The notes: generated by a model from the sequence alone, not told the origin. DNA of 64,000 bases from Acidobacteriota bacterium (GCA_003223875.1 QHWY01000081.1:35388-99387), one strand, 5' to 3'. Shown: positions 46,100 to 55,969, counted from the stretch's first letter. Translations and numbers: made by a program.

Positions 46100-47665
46100 T
46101 TATGATACCCGAAACTCTGATTGCCTTAGTTCGCTGCGGCGGATTTTACCTGTGCTCGTTTTGGGCAGTTCCTGAACGAATTCGACTTTCCGCGGGTACT
46201 TGTACGGAGCCATCTCGGCGCGCACGAAATCCTGGAGATCCTGTATCAGCTCCTCCGACGGCTTGTAGGCATTTTGCAGAACGACGAACGCTTTCGGCAC
46301 CATTCCGTGAAGCTCATCGGGCGAGCCCACCACAGCAGCTTCCAAGACGGCCGGATGCTCGAGCAACACACCTTCAATCTCCGGAGCTCCGATCTTGATT
46401 CCGCCGCAAACTATAAGATCGTCATTGCGGCATTGATATTGGAAGAAGCCGTCGCTGCCGCGGATGTATATATCGCCCGGAACATTCCACCCGTTACGCA
46501 CGTAGCGTTGCTGCTGATCCGTAAGCCGCAAATATCGGCAGCCCGTCGGCCCTTTGACGGCAAGAAGGCCGGGCGTTCCATCCGGCACCGGCTGCATCGA
46601 TTGTTCATCGATGACTATGGCTTCGTAACCCGGTACGACCTCTCCCGTTGCTCCCGCGCGCGAGCGGCCGGGGCGAGCGGAAATGAAGATGTGGAGCATC
46701 TCCGTCGAACCAATACCGTCGAGAACTTCTACACCCGTGAGATCGCGCCACGACGTGTACACTGACGGAGGAAGAGTTTCGCCCGCGCTTATTGCCAGTC
46801 TCAGAAAAGAAGTTGCCGACTTTAATTCCGGCACTTGCTTCATCATCAGGCGCAAGCTCATCGGCACGCAGAAGGCGATCGTTACTTTGTGTTTATGCAG
46901 ACATTCGACGAATGCCGGAGGCGAGAACCGGTCCAGAAGAACAGTCGATGCCCCGAACCGGAGCGGAAACAACAGAAGGTCTCCAAGACCGTACGCAAAT
47001 GCCAGCGTTGGATGTCCGCCGAAACGATCGGACGGTGTGGGGTTGAGAATGTAGCGCGCATAGCTGTCGCAAACGGCGAGCAGGTCGGCGTGCGAGTGGA
47101 CGCAGCCCTTCGGAACACCCGTGCTGCCGGATGTGTACAGGACTATCGCCGGCGCATCTTTTGCCGTAGGCGCACATTCGCGATAGGGGGGTCCCCCGCT
47201 CAAATTGTCGACAGATATTCGCCGCAGCGACGTGGAGTCGAGCTTTTCCACCTCGTCCCAGAGATCGGCCTCTGAAATTAACATGACCGGTTCGGCGTTC
47301 TCGACAATGGCATTGAGCTCACGCGCGCGGAGTAAAGGCGCAGTTGGAACAGCGACCGCCCCGATGCGCAGCAGCGCCAAAAACGTCGAAACGAACTGAG
47401 GCCGATTGAGCAAACGTAGAATGACACAGTTGCCGGGCTCGACGCCTTGCCGGCGCAACGCCCCGGCAACCCGCGTCACATCATCGGCAAGTTGTTTGTA
47501 TGTGATAACGGCATCGCCGAAGTGAATAGCCGGAGCCGAGTCACGGCCTAATGCAAGGTTTGCGTCGAGGAGTTCGTAACAGGCGTTCGTCGTCGCAGGA
47601 TACGAGAGTTCCGGGAGCGTATAAATTCTCTCCGGCCACAGTTCTCGCGGTGGATAGGACAGCAT
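46100..47665 (-). CDS. AMP-forming acyl-CoA synthetase (benzoate/aryl-acid-CoA ligase-like)
   Basis: AMP-binding motif YTSGSTGVPKG. C-terminal ..TGKIRR.. Start taken at MLSYPPREL. Confidence 0.8.
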   Translation of the reverse strand: MLSYPPRELWPERIYTLPELSYPATTNACYELLDANLALGRDSAPAIHFGDAVITYKQLADDVTRVAGALRRQGVEPGNCVILRLLNRPQFVSTFLALLRIGAVAVPTAPLLRARELNAIVENAEPVMLISEADLWDEVEKLDSTSLRRISVDNLSGGPPYRECAPTAKDAPAIVLYTSGSTGVPKGCVHSHADLLAVCDSYARYILNPTPSDRFGGHPTLAFAYGLGDLLLFPLRFGASTVLLDRFSPPAFVECLHKHKVTIAFCVPMSLRLMMKQVPELKSATSFLRLAISAGETLPPSVYTSWRDLTGVEVLDGIGSTEMLHIFISARPGRSRAGATGEVVPGYEAIVIDEQSMQPVPDGTPGLLAVKGPTGCRYLRLTDQQQRYVRNGWNVPGDIYIRGSDGFFQYQCRNDDLIVCGGIKIGAPEIEGVLLEHPAVLEAAVVGSPDELHGMVPKAFVVLQNAYKPSEELIQDLQDFVRAEMAPYKYPRKVEFVQELPKTSTGKIRRSELRQSEFRVS

Positions 47666-47691
47666 TCGGTTGACGGGATGTGTGGGGCGCA

Positions 47692-47735
47692 CACCTGAAT
47701 TCGGGAATTCAGGTGTGCGCCCCCTCTCGCGTCTA
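47692..47735. repeat. family C palindrome, copy C2 (intercistronic)
   Basis: GGGCGCACACCTGAATTCGGGAATTCAGGTGTGCGCCC. Confidence 0.6.
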
Positions 47736-48719
47736 CGCTTTCAGGACCCCTTTGATCGGTGCGACTCCCGGGATGTCCCACTCCTCCCACATGTCGTCCA
47801 CCCTCTTCTGGATGTAGTCAACGTCTTCGGGAATGAGATGAGCGAAGCGACCTTGCGCCTCCAAAAACTCTTTAACCGGCGTGCGGCCTTTAGCGGTTTT
47901 GCGGCAATCGTAGGTATATACGACCTGCCCTTCGATGATCTCGAAAAGCGGATAGAGCCCGGACTTGATTCCAAACTCGCCGATCTCATGCGAATAACGC
48001 GGATGGAAATCCCACCCCTTCGGACAAGGATCATAAGTGTGGATGAACGTCGGACCTCCTACAGCCAGCGCCTTGCGCACCTTGTTCATGTAGTCCAACG
48101 GCGGGAACGTCGCGCAGGCGGTAGCGACGTATTTACATGTAGGATGGCCGACGGCCAGCATTCCAGCGACGTTCTTCTTCCAGCGCTTCTGCATGATGCG
48201 ATGCTTGCTACCCGGAGGGGTGAACGTCGTTTGCGCGCCATAGGTGGAGAGGCCGGTCGCCTGGATATCGGTGTTGGCGGCAGATTCGTTGTCGTACATG
48301 ATGATGAGCAGATCATAGTCGGTTTGAAGAGCGCCGGAAATTCCGGATAGCCCCATGTCGCCGCCACCAAGATCACCGCAGAACGCGATGGCGTTGATCG
48401 GCTCATCCTTGATCTTGCCTTTCCGCTTCAATGCGCGCAAACCCGCCGCCATTCCGATGGCGGAGGAACCGCCGGCGCCGAGCTGGGTGTGCATCCAGGG
48501 CACAATCCACGGCGTCGTCATGTAGCTGGTATTCGCAACGTACATGCAGCCTGTTGAGCCCGTGACGACGGTCCGTGGCCCTGCCACCTTGATGAACGCG
48601 CGCATCGTTGTAGCCGACTCGCATCCCTGGCACGTGCGATGACCCGATGTATAGAATTCCTCCAACGGGATTTTGTGAACGCCTTTGATCTTGTCGTAAA
48701 CAATCGTTTCGGTAGCCAT
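47733..48719 (-). CDS. 2-oxoacid:ferredoxin oxidoreductase beta subunit (TPP-binding)
   Basis: ..GCMYV.. ..AFCGDLGGGDMG.. TPP motif (GDG-type). Confidence 0.85.
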   Translation of the reverse strand: MATETIVYDKIKGVHKIPLEEFYTSGHRTCQGCESATTMRAFIKVAGPRTVVTGSTGCMYVANTSYMTTPWIVPWMHTQLGAGGSSAIGMAAGLRALKRKGKIKDEPINAIAFCGDLGGGDMGLSGISGALQTDYDLLIIMYDNESAANTDIQATGLSTYGAQTTFTPPGSKHRIMQKRWKKNVAGMLAVGHPTCKYVATACATFPPLDYMNKVRKALAVGGPTFIHTYDPCPKGWDFHPRYSHEIGEFGIKSGLYPLFEIIEGQVVYTYDCRKTAKGRTPVKEFLEAQGRFAHLIPEDVDYIQKRVDDMWEEWDIPGVAPIKGVLKA

Positions 48720-48728
48720 GATGTTCTC

Positions 48729-49955
48729 CTATTCTCTTACCCCGATCCAGGTGACAAAGTTGTCCAGCTTATCCTCGGTTTTGGATTTCTGGGCGATCTC
48801 GTACATGCGAATGCAGTCGTCAATCGATACATCGCGCCCGCCAAGACCCGTAATGATGTTTGTTATCGCCGGCCGATTCTTCAGAGGATACAGTGCCGAC
48901 CGCACTTCGTGCATCACAATTCCGCCATCGTCCGGCGAGCCATGCGCAAAGTCGCGATCGATCACACCCACGGCTTTGAAGCGTTTCAAGGACTCGCGTA
49001 ATTCGATGGTTGGAAACGGCCGGAACCAGCGAAGACTGACAAAACCGACTTTGTGGCCTTTCTCCCTCAAACGCTTGCACGCCGTGCGGCCCGGCGCACA
49101 GACGGTGCCGAGTCCGATCAGGACCGTGTCCGCATCATCTGTCATGAACTCCGTGAAGAACGGACTCGAGTAGCGTTCCCCGAAAACGGCGTTGAACTCC
49201 CGGTAAGCTTCCTTGATGACTCCTCGCGCGCGGCGGGCGGCATCCCAGTTTTGGCGGCGCAATTCCATGACCCAGTCTTCATTGACTTGCGGAGCAATCG
49301 AGATTGGGTTGTCGGGATGCAATCGGCCCTCACCGAGATCATACGGCGGCAAAAACTGCCGAACGGCTTCGGCGGTTGGAATTTTTACCATATGCTGCGA
49401 GTGCGTCAGGAACGCGCCATCCATGGCGAGAGCCATGGGCATTCGGACGCGCTTGTCTTCGGCGATACGATAGCCGATCAACACATGCTCGAGCGCTTCC
49501 TGAGGTGTCGTGACCCAGGCGAGTAGCCACCCCATATCACGTACTGCCATAGCGTCGTTGTGCTCGACTCCAAATGCCCCAGGATCGTCGAGCGCACGGT
49601 TGCCGACAAGAAAAAGGACAGGCAAACGGTCCGTCGCTGTGACCACCAACGCCTCGAAACCATAGCACCAGCCGGTTCCGCTCGAGCCTGCAAACGCACG
49701 GGCATTGACGGAGCTGGCATGCTTCACAATTTCGAACTGAGAATGTTCGCTGTCGGCAATGATGTACTCGGCATCCAACTCGCCATCGGCGATGATCTTG
49801 GACAGGGCATCCATGACTTCGGTATAGGGCCTGATCGGATACGCGGCGATGACGTCAACGTCCGCCAATCGCACACCCTGTGACACTGCCTGGCAACCAG
49901 TCAGTAAATCCTCGCGTTCGTAAACGTTTTTTGTTTTGGGTTCTTCAGCAATCAT
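48729..49955 (-). CDS. 2-oxoacid:ferredoxin oxidoreductase alpha subunit
   Basis: Por/Vor alpha domain I/II pattern (..VDVIAAYPIRPYTEV..; ..FVSLRWFRPFP..). Confidence 0.85.
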   Translation of the reverse strand: MIAEEPKTKNVYEREDLLTGCQAVSQGVRLADVDVIAAYPIRPYTEVMDALSKIIADGELDAEYIIADSEHSQFEIVKHASSVNARAFAGSSGTGWCYGFEALVVTATDRLPVLFLVGNRALDDPGAFGVEHNDAMAVRDMGWLLAWVTTPQEALEHVLIGYRIAEDKRVRMPMALAMDGAFLTHSQHMVKIPTAEAVRQFLPPYDLGEGRLHPDNPISIAPQVNEDWVMELRRQNWDAARRARGVIKEAYREFNAVFGERYSSPFFTEFMTDDADTVLIGLGTVCAPGRTACKRLREKGHKVGFVSLRWFRPFPTIELRESLKRFKAVGVIDRDFAHGSPDDGGIVMHEVRSALYPLKNRPAITNIITGLGGRDVSIDDCIRMYEIAQKSKTEDKLDNFVTWIGVRE

Positions 49956-50064
49956 CGGATTAAACCTCCATTTTAGCGTCGGGCCCACCGGCCAGCCATA
50001 GTTGGTACACCGTCGCTGCGCGACGGCCCCCTTGAAAGGCTATTGGCCGGTCCCCCCACGCCTC

Positions 50065-51237
50065 CTACTTCTTCGGGCTCGCGCGTTTTCCGCCAAACGG
50101 TACCAGTTCGCCTTCAAGAAATTCCAGGCCGGTGCCGGTTACCATTGGATGGATATAGCGACCCGTGCTCTTCCTGTCTTCGGCCCACTCGGTGTACTTC
50201 TCGGGATTAGCTTTGTAAGCTTCCCACGGGCTGCTGTCGTCTGTAAATTGCAACTCATCGACCATGACGATGCATTCCTTGACGGGACAGGCCTGCGCGC
50301 ATTTGTTGCAACCGGTGCAGTACTCGTATGCGATATCGTACAGACCGTCATCTGTTTGATCAAAACACTGGTCCGGGCATTCCAGCCAGCAAAGCGTGCA
50401 CTTGGTGCATAGGTCGAAGCGGACCACCGGACGTTGATTTTTGGTCGTGCCGCGTTTAAAGGTCTCGTTTCGCGACTGGCCCTTGGGTCCTAGTGAAAAC
50501 TCACGCTTGACCGCAGGTACCGCTGCGCCTTCCATAAATTCGAACCATTTCGGAAGAACGGGAATCTCATGCTTCCATTCAACTCCCTCTCCAGGTTTCA
50601 CTGTCCTGACGGTTTTTCGCACTTCCTCATACGCCAGGCGCGCAGCTTCGGCGCGAGCCGGTTCTTTCGGGGTCTTGTAGCGTAGATAACCTTCGGCGGC
50701 CTCGATGCCAATGATGTCCGAATCGATGCCGGCGACAGCGCCAAGCGTCTTTTCGTGCGTGAGATCATCCCTGAAAACCCAAAGGCCTCCAAAACTGAGA
50801 TCCCCTGAATAAGTCGCAAGCTTCCAGCTATAGGGCTTCTTGGCAATGAATTCTAGAAGCTCATCCGGAGTCCTCTTGGTCACGACCAGCAGAGTCCCGT
50901 TGGGCTGGACCTTTTCGTTGATCGGGCGCACGCCGTGCCAGCCCCAGGGCTCGACGCCTTTCAGCATCGTGTCGTCGAGCACGACGGAAATGTCGCACTG
51001 GTCGATGTCCAGCTTGGCGCCGCATTCCGCTTCGAGTTCCTCCTCGGATAGATCGTGGGACACGAACGCAAAGTATTTGCATGGGATGCCGTTGCGCTCC
51101 GGCGAATCGCTGTAACGCCCGTTGGAAAAACCGATGCGTCCCATCCGGCTGGCGATGATGACGATGTCGCTGCCGATCTTCTTGCCGAGATTTTTCTGAA
51201 AAATACCGCGATAGTTGATTTCAACGCGTTTGATCAA
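50065..51237 (-). CDS. 2-oxoacid:ferredoxin oxidoreductase gamma subunit fused to delta (2x[4Fe-4S] ferredoxin) domain
   Basis: N-terminal gamma domain. C-terminal CTKCTLCWLECP and CTGCNKCAQACP ferredoxin motifs. Confidence 0.8.
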   Translation of the reverse strand: MIKRVEINYRGIFQKNLGKKIGSDIVIIASRMGRIGFSNGRYSDSPERNGIPCKYFAFVSHDLSEEELEAECGAKLDIDQCDISVVLDDTMLKGVEPWGWHGVRPINEKVQPNGTLLVVTKRTPDELLEFIAKKPYSWKLATYSGDLSFGGLWVFRDDLTHEKTLGAVAGIDSDIIGIEAAEGYLRYKTPKEPARAEAARLAYEEVRKTVRTVKPGEGVEWKHEIPVLPKWFEFMEGAAVPAVKREFSLGPKGQSRNETFKRGTTKNQRPVVRFDLCTKCTLCWLECPDQCFDQTDDGLYDIAYEYCTGCNKCAQACPVKECIVMVDELQFTDDSSPWEAYKANPEKYTEWAEDRKSTGRYIHPMVTGTGLEFLEGELVPFGGKRASPKK

Positions 51238-51977
51238 TGGATACCTCCTACGGTCCGAATTTCTTGGATACCGGGCACGGGCGTGAAACGGTCCAATCCC
51301 CGCAGCCCAAAGACCTTGGGATCAATCGAACGAATGTGTTCTTCCATCGCCCGGCGCGCTTCGACCGAATCGCGTGCCTGGATCGCCGACACGATGCGGC
51401 GATGTGAAGCCAGCGACAGACGGGCGCGCTCGGGAGTTTGAAGACTTTCGTTTCTGCTGGGGGAAATGACTTTCATCACAGTAGCGCCGACCTGCATCAG
51501 CGCTCGATTATGGGTTGCTTCGGCAAGCGTCGAATGAAAGGCCGCATCCGTCGGGCCCGCCATCCGTTTTTCCTTCAGTTCACTTTCCTGCTGCTGAAGG
51601 ATTGCTTCCAGGCGGACGAGATCCTGCCGCGTCGAGCGTTCTGCTGCCAAAGCCGCGATCGAAGGTTCGATAAGCAAGCGGAGTTCGAAAATGTCTTGAA
51701 GAGCGAGGTGATGCAGCGCGTTTGCCAGTTCTTCGGGCCTTCCGCCAACAATAAAGCTGCCGGCGCCATGCCGGCTCACGATCAGTCCCTTCAGTTGCAT
51801 CGCCCGAAGAGCTTCGCGAATCGTTGCCCGGCTGACGCGCAGACGTTCGGCAAGAGCACGCTCCGAAGGAAGACGGTCACCAGGCTTCAACCGGCCCTGC
51901 TGCAGCAGACCTGCGAGCCGAACCATGACTTCTTCGTACACAGGAGCCTTTTTTGTCTTGCCCAACGCTGCCCCCAA
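51234..51977 (-). CDS. GntR family transcriptional regulator (FadR/FCD subfamily)
   Basis: wHTH ..LPSERALAERLRVSRATIREAL.. and a C-terminal FCD-like helical domain. 4-nt overlap with the downstream OFOR gene. Confidence 0.8.
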   Translation of the reverse strand: MGAALGKTKKAPVYEEVMVRLAGLLQQGRLKPGDRLPSERALAERLRVSRATIREALRAMQLKGLIVSRHGAGSFIVGGRPEELANALHHLALQDIFELRLLIEPSIAALAAERSTRQDLVRLEAILQQQESELKEKRMAGPTDAAFHSTLAEATHNRALMQVGATVMKVISPSRNESLQTPERARLSLASHRRIVSAIQARDSVEARRAMEEHIRSIDPKVFGLRGLDRFTPVPGIQEIRTVGGIH

Positions 51978-51981
51978 AATA

Positions 51982-52031
51982 AAAGTGGTCAGGCCACTTG
52001 ACCATGTGCTATAAATTGGTCAGACCACTTT
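51982..52031. promoter_or_regulatory. GntR-type operator pair in the divergent promoter region
   Basis: AAGTGGTCAGGCCACTTGACCA and TTGGTCAGACCACTT (TGGTCnGACCA palindrome, the canonical GntR/FadR TGGT-N-ACCA core), with TATAAAT between them. Confidence 0.6.
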
Positions 52032-52127
52032 TGGCCTGAATTATATTGGCGACTGACCCCGCTGTCCAGGGAAATTCAGAGCCAGATCAGTGGAAATATT
52101 ACGAATACTTTTTAGGAAAAGGTCATC

Positions 52128-53375
52128 ATGGAAAAAGCGTTGGCAGGAATTCGGGTCCTGGATATGACGCACGTGCAGTCAGGACCCACGTGTACTCAGC
52201 TTTTGGCGTGGTTCGGCGCTGACGTCATCAAGATCGAGCGGCCCGGTGAAGGCGATCCCACGCGCAGCCAATTGCGCGACATTCCCGGAGTCGACAGCCT
52301 TTATTTCACGATGCTGAATTCGAACAAGCGCAGCATCACCCTGAATCCGAAAACGCCGGAAGGCAAGCGGATCTTCGCAAAGCTGATCGAGATGTGCGAC
52401 GTCATGGTCGAAAACTTCGCGCCCGGCGCCATTGATCGAATGGGCTTTCCTTGGGAGAAAATACAACAGATTAACCCGCGGATGATCTATGCATCGGTTA
52501 AGGGATTCGGTCCTGGTCCTTATGAAGATTGCAAGGTCTACGAGAACGTTGCCCAATGCACCGGTGGAGCGGCCTCGACCACCGGTGAGCTCCATGGTGC
52601 ACCAATGGTGACCGGCGCCCAGATTGGCGATTCGGGTAGCGGCATTCATCTCGTAGCAGGCATCCTGGCCGCGTTATTACAACGCGAGAAGACAGGCCGG
52701 GGACAACGCGTCACATGCGCGATGCAGGATGTGGTCCTGAATCTCTGCCGCGTAAAGTTGCGCGACCAGCAGCGGCTCGCTCACGGTCCCCTCAAGGAAT
52801 ATCCGCAGTATCTCAACGGTGGCTTCAACGGCACCGTGCCGCGCGCCGGAAATGCCTCCGGCGGAGGCCAGCCCGGCTGGGTCATGCGTTGCAAAGGCTG
52901 GGAAACGGATCAGGACGCTTACATTTACGTGATCGCTCAGTCCCAAGCATTCCCCGCACTGGCTAAGGCGATCGGCCATGAAGATTGGCTCATTGCTACC
53001 GAATACAACACACCCGAGGCGCGGTTAAATAAACTGGACAACGTCTTCGCGGAAATCGAGAAGTGGACCATGACCATGACCAAGATGGAAGTGATGGCCG
53101 TTCTCAACCCCCTCAACGTGCCATGCGGCCCGATTCTGTCCATGAAAGAAATCGCGGATGAGCCTGCTCTGCGACAAACAGGAACCATCGTGGAAGTCGA
53201 ACATCCTGAGCGCGGAAAATATCTGACTGTCGGCAACCCGATCAAACTCTCGGATTCTACCGTCGAGGTGCAGCGTTCCCCACTACTGGGCGAGCACACG
53301 GAAGAGATTCTCCGCAACCTCGTCGGCATGAACGATAACGAAATCCACGGGGCGCGACAGCGCGGCGCGATCTAA
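52128..53375 (+). CDS. frc: formyl-CoA transferase (family III CoA-transferase, Frc/YfdW type)
   Basis: ..[17 protein letters not shown].., ..LRDQQRL.., ..[31 protein letters not shown].. reproduce the recalled O. formigenes Frc glycine-loop and active-site stretches. Confidence 0.85.
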   Translation: MEKALAGIRVLDMTHVQSGPTCTQLLAWFGADVIKIERPGEGDPTRSQLRDIPGVDSLYFTMLNSNKRSITLNPKTPEGKRIFAKLIEMCDVMVENFAPGAIDRMGFPWEKIQQINPRMIYASVKGFGPGPYEDCKVYENVAQCTGGAASTTGELHGAPMVTGAQIGDSGSGIHLVAGILAALLQREKTGRGQRVTCAMQDVVLNLCRVKLRDQQRLAHGPLKEYPQYLNGGFNGTVPRAGNASGGGQPGWVMRCKGWETDQDAYIYVIAQSQAFPALAKAIGHEDWLIATEYNTPEARLNKLDNVFAEIEKWTMTMTKMEVMAVLNPLNVPCGPILSMKEIADEPALRQTGTIVEVEHPERGKYLTVGNPIKLSDSTVEVQRSPLLGEHTEEILRNLVGMNDNEIHGARQRGAI

Positions 53376-53387
53376 AGGCAGAAAATT

Positions 53388-53458
53388 AGCCATAATAAGG
53401 CACAAATTTCGCGAAATTTTTTGTGTGTACTTTTGTGCCTCTTTGTGGCTATTCCCTT
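53388..53458. repeat. family D AT-rich palindrome, copy D3 (intercistronic frc-panE-like)
   Basis: GGCACAAATTTCGCGAAATTTTTTGTGTGTACTTTTGTGCCTCTTTGTGGCT. Confidence 0.55.
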
Positions 53459-53470
53459 TGAGGGGTTCGG

Positions 53471-54547
53471 TTGATGAAATATAGCGTGTTAATTCTGGGC
53501 GCCTCTTACGGGTCCCTGTTCAGCACTAAATTATTGATGGCCGGGCATCCGGTTTCGCTGGTTTGCACGAAGCCCACGGCAGAGCTCATCAACAGCGAAG
53601 GCACGGTCGTGCAATTTCCGATTCGCGGGCGCAAGACTCCCGTCGATGTTTCATCAAAGAAACTTCCCGGCGCTCTGCGAGCTACAACGCCGGAGCAGGC
53701 CGATCCGCGTGATTTTAATCTGATCGTACTCGGAATGCAGGAAGCGCAGTACGGAGCCGCTGGTGTGCGGGAATTGATCAGCCGCATCGCCGAATCGCAG
53801 ATGCCTTGCTTGGCGATCATGAACATGCCGCCCTTGCCCTACTTGAAGCGGATTCCCGGACTTCGGACCGATGCGCTGGAGCCATGCTATGCAGATCCGG
53901 CAGTTTGGAAGAGCTTCGTTCCCGGATTGGTCAGCCTCTCTAGCCCCGACCCTCAGGCGTTTCGTCCGCCCGACCAGCCGAAGAATGTTTTGCACGTGGG
54001 TTTGCCGACTAACTTCAAGGCGGCCCGATTCGAGGGTGAACAGCCGACAGCCATGCTCCGGAATCTGGAGGCCGACATCGAAGACGCGCGGTTCGACCCA
54101 GGCGATGGTCCGATTGAAATTCCTGTAAAACTCAAGGTGCACGATTCTATTTTCGTGCCGCTGGCGAAATGGCCTATGTTGATGGCCGGCAATTACCGCT
54201 GCATCCGGCGCGACGACATGATTCCCATCAAGGATGCTGTTCACGGTAACCTCGATAAGTCACGCCAAGTCTACGATTGGGTGTGGAAACTCTGCGCCAG
54301 TTTGGGCGCCTCGGATGCCGATATGGTGCCTTTCGAGAAGTATGCGCAGGCGGCGGAGAGCCTGTCCAAGCCTTCTTCTGCCGCCCGTGCTCTTTTCGGC
54401 GGGGCCGAACATATTGAGCGCGTGGACTGCCTGGTCCGGAAGATCGCCGTGCAGCAAGGACTCCGGTTGGACACGCTCGACGACATTGTGACGCTCGTAG
54501 ACGAGCGCCTGAAAAAAAACCGGGGAAATTCGGGGTCAGACGGGTGA
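53471..54547 (+). CDS. ketopantoate reductase (ApbA/PanE) family oxidoreductase; candidate oxalyl-CoA reductase (PanE2-like)
   Basis: N-terminal Rossmann ..VLILGASYGSLFS.. About 358 aa, PanE-family length. The functional call is inference from context with frc. Confidence 0.6.
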   Translation: MMKYSVLILGASYGSLFSTKLLMAGHPVSLVCTKPTAELINSEGTVVQFPIRGRKTPVDVSSKKLPGALRATTPEQADPRDFNLIVLGMQEAQYGAAGVRELISRIAESQMPCLAIMNMPPLPYLKRIPGLRTDALEPCYADPAVWKSFVPGLVSLSSPDPQAFRPPDQPKNVLHVGLPTNFKAARFEGEQPTAMLRNLEADIEDARFDPGDGPIEIPVKLKVHDSIFVPLAKWPMLMAGNYRCIRRDDMIPIKDAVHGNLDKSRQVYDWVWKLCASLGASDADMVPFEKYAQAAESLSKPSSAARALFGGAEHIERVDCLVRKIAVQQGLRLDTLDDIVTLVDERLKKNRGNSGSDG

Positions 54548-54610
54548 ATTCCCTATTTTTCGCGTTTTATTCGAAGAATAGGGAATTCACCCGTCTGACC
54601 CCGAATTTCA
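54545..54610. repeat. long perfect palindrome between convergent genes (putative bidirectional terminator)
   Basis: CAGACGGGTGAATTCCCTATT..AATAGGGAATTCACCCGTCTG, 22-bp arms. Confidence 0.6.
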
Positions 54611-55903
54611 TTTCACCGCTTGCGCTGCCGGGTGCATCGTGGAGACCGAGGCGTGATGCGCCGCCCGCATCGGCCTCAGAACGAACAATGCCATTGCCGC
54701 CGCGGCCAGGTCCATAACCGCCGATACCCAGAACACCGATTCCCATCCGCCGGTCAGACTCACCACCCACGCCGCCAGCGGGCCGCCGAAAATCGCCGCC
54801 ATGCCTTTGGCGGTGTACAGCAACCCTGCGTTGGTGGCCGCGTATTTGGCACCGAATGCGTCCGTGCACGTCGCCGGAAACAGCGAATAGATCTCTCCCC
54901 AGGTGAAATAAATCATACCGAACAGCAGAACGAAAGAGAGCGGCTGATGTCCGAACGCGGTGAGGCCCCACATGGCCAGCGCGCCGCCACTGAAGGCGAT
55001 GAACATGGTGGGCTCGCGGCCGATATTATCGGACAGCCAGCCGAAGAAGGGCCGCGCAATCCCGTTTAGGATGTTGTCGACGATGCCGGCCATTACCAGC
55101 GTCGTACCCGCGATGCCGAGAAACACGACCTGCATCTTGTCGAGTCCGAAGTCGCGCGCGATGGGGCCGAGCTGCGCGGTGGCCATCAGGCCGCCGGCAG
55201 CGACCATCGTGAACATCAAATAGAGCGCCCAAAACAGGGGCGTCTTCAGCATCTCTCCTGGCGCAAAATCGCGGGTGGATTGCCCCAGCTTCGCCCTCTT
55301 GGGGAGCGGAACCTGTCCGGGCTGCGGCGCTTTCAACAACGGCGATAGAAGAAGGATGATGAGGCCCTGGCCTAGGCCGAACCACAAGAACGCCGACCGG
55401 TAACCATAAGTATCGATGGTGTGGATGATCGGGACGACCGTTGCCGCCGCACCCGCGCCGAAGCCGCCGGCGGTCAAACCGGCCGCAAGCCCTCGGCGGT
55501 CGGCAAACCACTTGAGCGCATTGCCGACACAGGTGCCATAGACGCAACCGGCGCCGATGCCGGATATGATCGCCGCGACATACAGCAGGGGAAGCGACGT
55601 CGCGACGCTGTTCAGACTCCAACCGATGGCGGCGACCACACCGCCAACCATGACGACGATCTTCGGTCCGAATTTGTCCACGAACCATCCTTCGATCGGG
55701 ATCAGCCACGTTTCCGTAAGCACGAAAAGACTGAACGCCACCTGGATCGCAGCGAGGGCCCAGTGGTTCGACTCCTTCATTGGATTGACGAAATAGGTCC
55801 AGCCGTATTGCAGGTTGGCGATCATCACCATGCATGCGACACCAACTGAAAGCTGAAGCCAGCGGTTTGTGGGCGCTCCTTGCGCCGATGCCTGAGCGGC
55901 CAT
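54608..55903 (-). CDS. MFS transporter, oxalate:formate antiporter (OFA) family
   Basis: 12 TM. ..YGWTYFVNP.., ..FVDKFGP.., ..RRGLAAGLTAGGFGAG.., ..NGIARPFFGWLSDNIGR.., ..FGGPLAAW.. parallel the recalled OxlT. Confidence 0.8.
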   Translation of the reverse strand: MAAQASAQGAPTNRWLQLSVGVACMVMIANLQYGWTYFVNPMKESNHWALAAIQVAFSLFVLTETWLIPIEGWFVDKFGPKIVVMVGGVVAAIGWSLNSVATSLPLLYVAAIISGIGAGCVYGTCVGNALKWFADRRGLAAGLTAGGFGAGAAATVVPIIHTIDTYGYRSAFLWFGLGQGLIILLLSPLLKAPQPGQVPLPKRAKLGQSTRDFAPGEMLKTPLFWALYLMFTMVAAGGLMATAQLGPIARDFGLDKMQVVFLGIAGTTLVMAGIVDNILNGIARPFFGWLSDNIGREPTMFIAFSGGALAMWGLTAFGHQPLSFVLLFGMIYFTWGEIYSLFPATCTDAFGAKYAATNAGLLYTAKGMAAIFGGPLAAWVVSLTGGWESVFWVSAVMDLAAAAMALFVLRPMRAAHHASVSTMHPAAQAVK

Positions 55904-55969
55904 GATTCCTCCCTAATGTGGGTGAACTTTAATACGCGCTTCGAACCAACGTCAACAAATGCTTCCGGG

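Noticed and set aside
55026-55835. 269-aa ORF antisense to the OFA transporter gene, and ORFs 54620-55069 / 55421-55849
   Set aside because: Arg/Gly/Pro-rich translation characteristic of a GC-rich antisense frame. The transporter on the other strand has a full 12-TM MFS signature.
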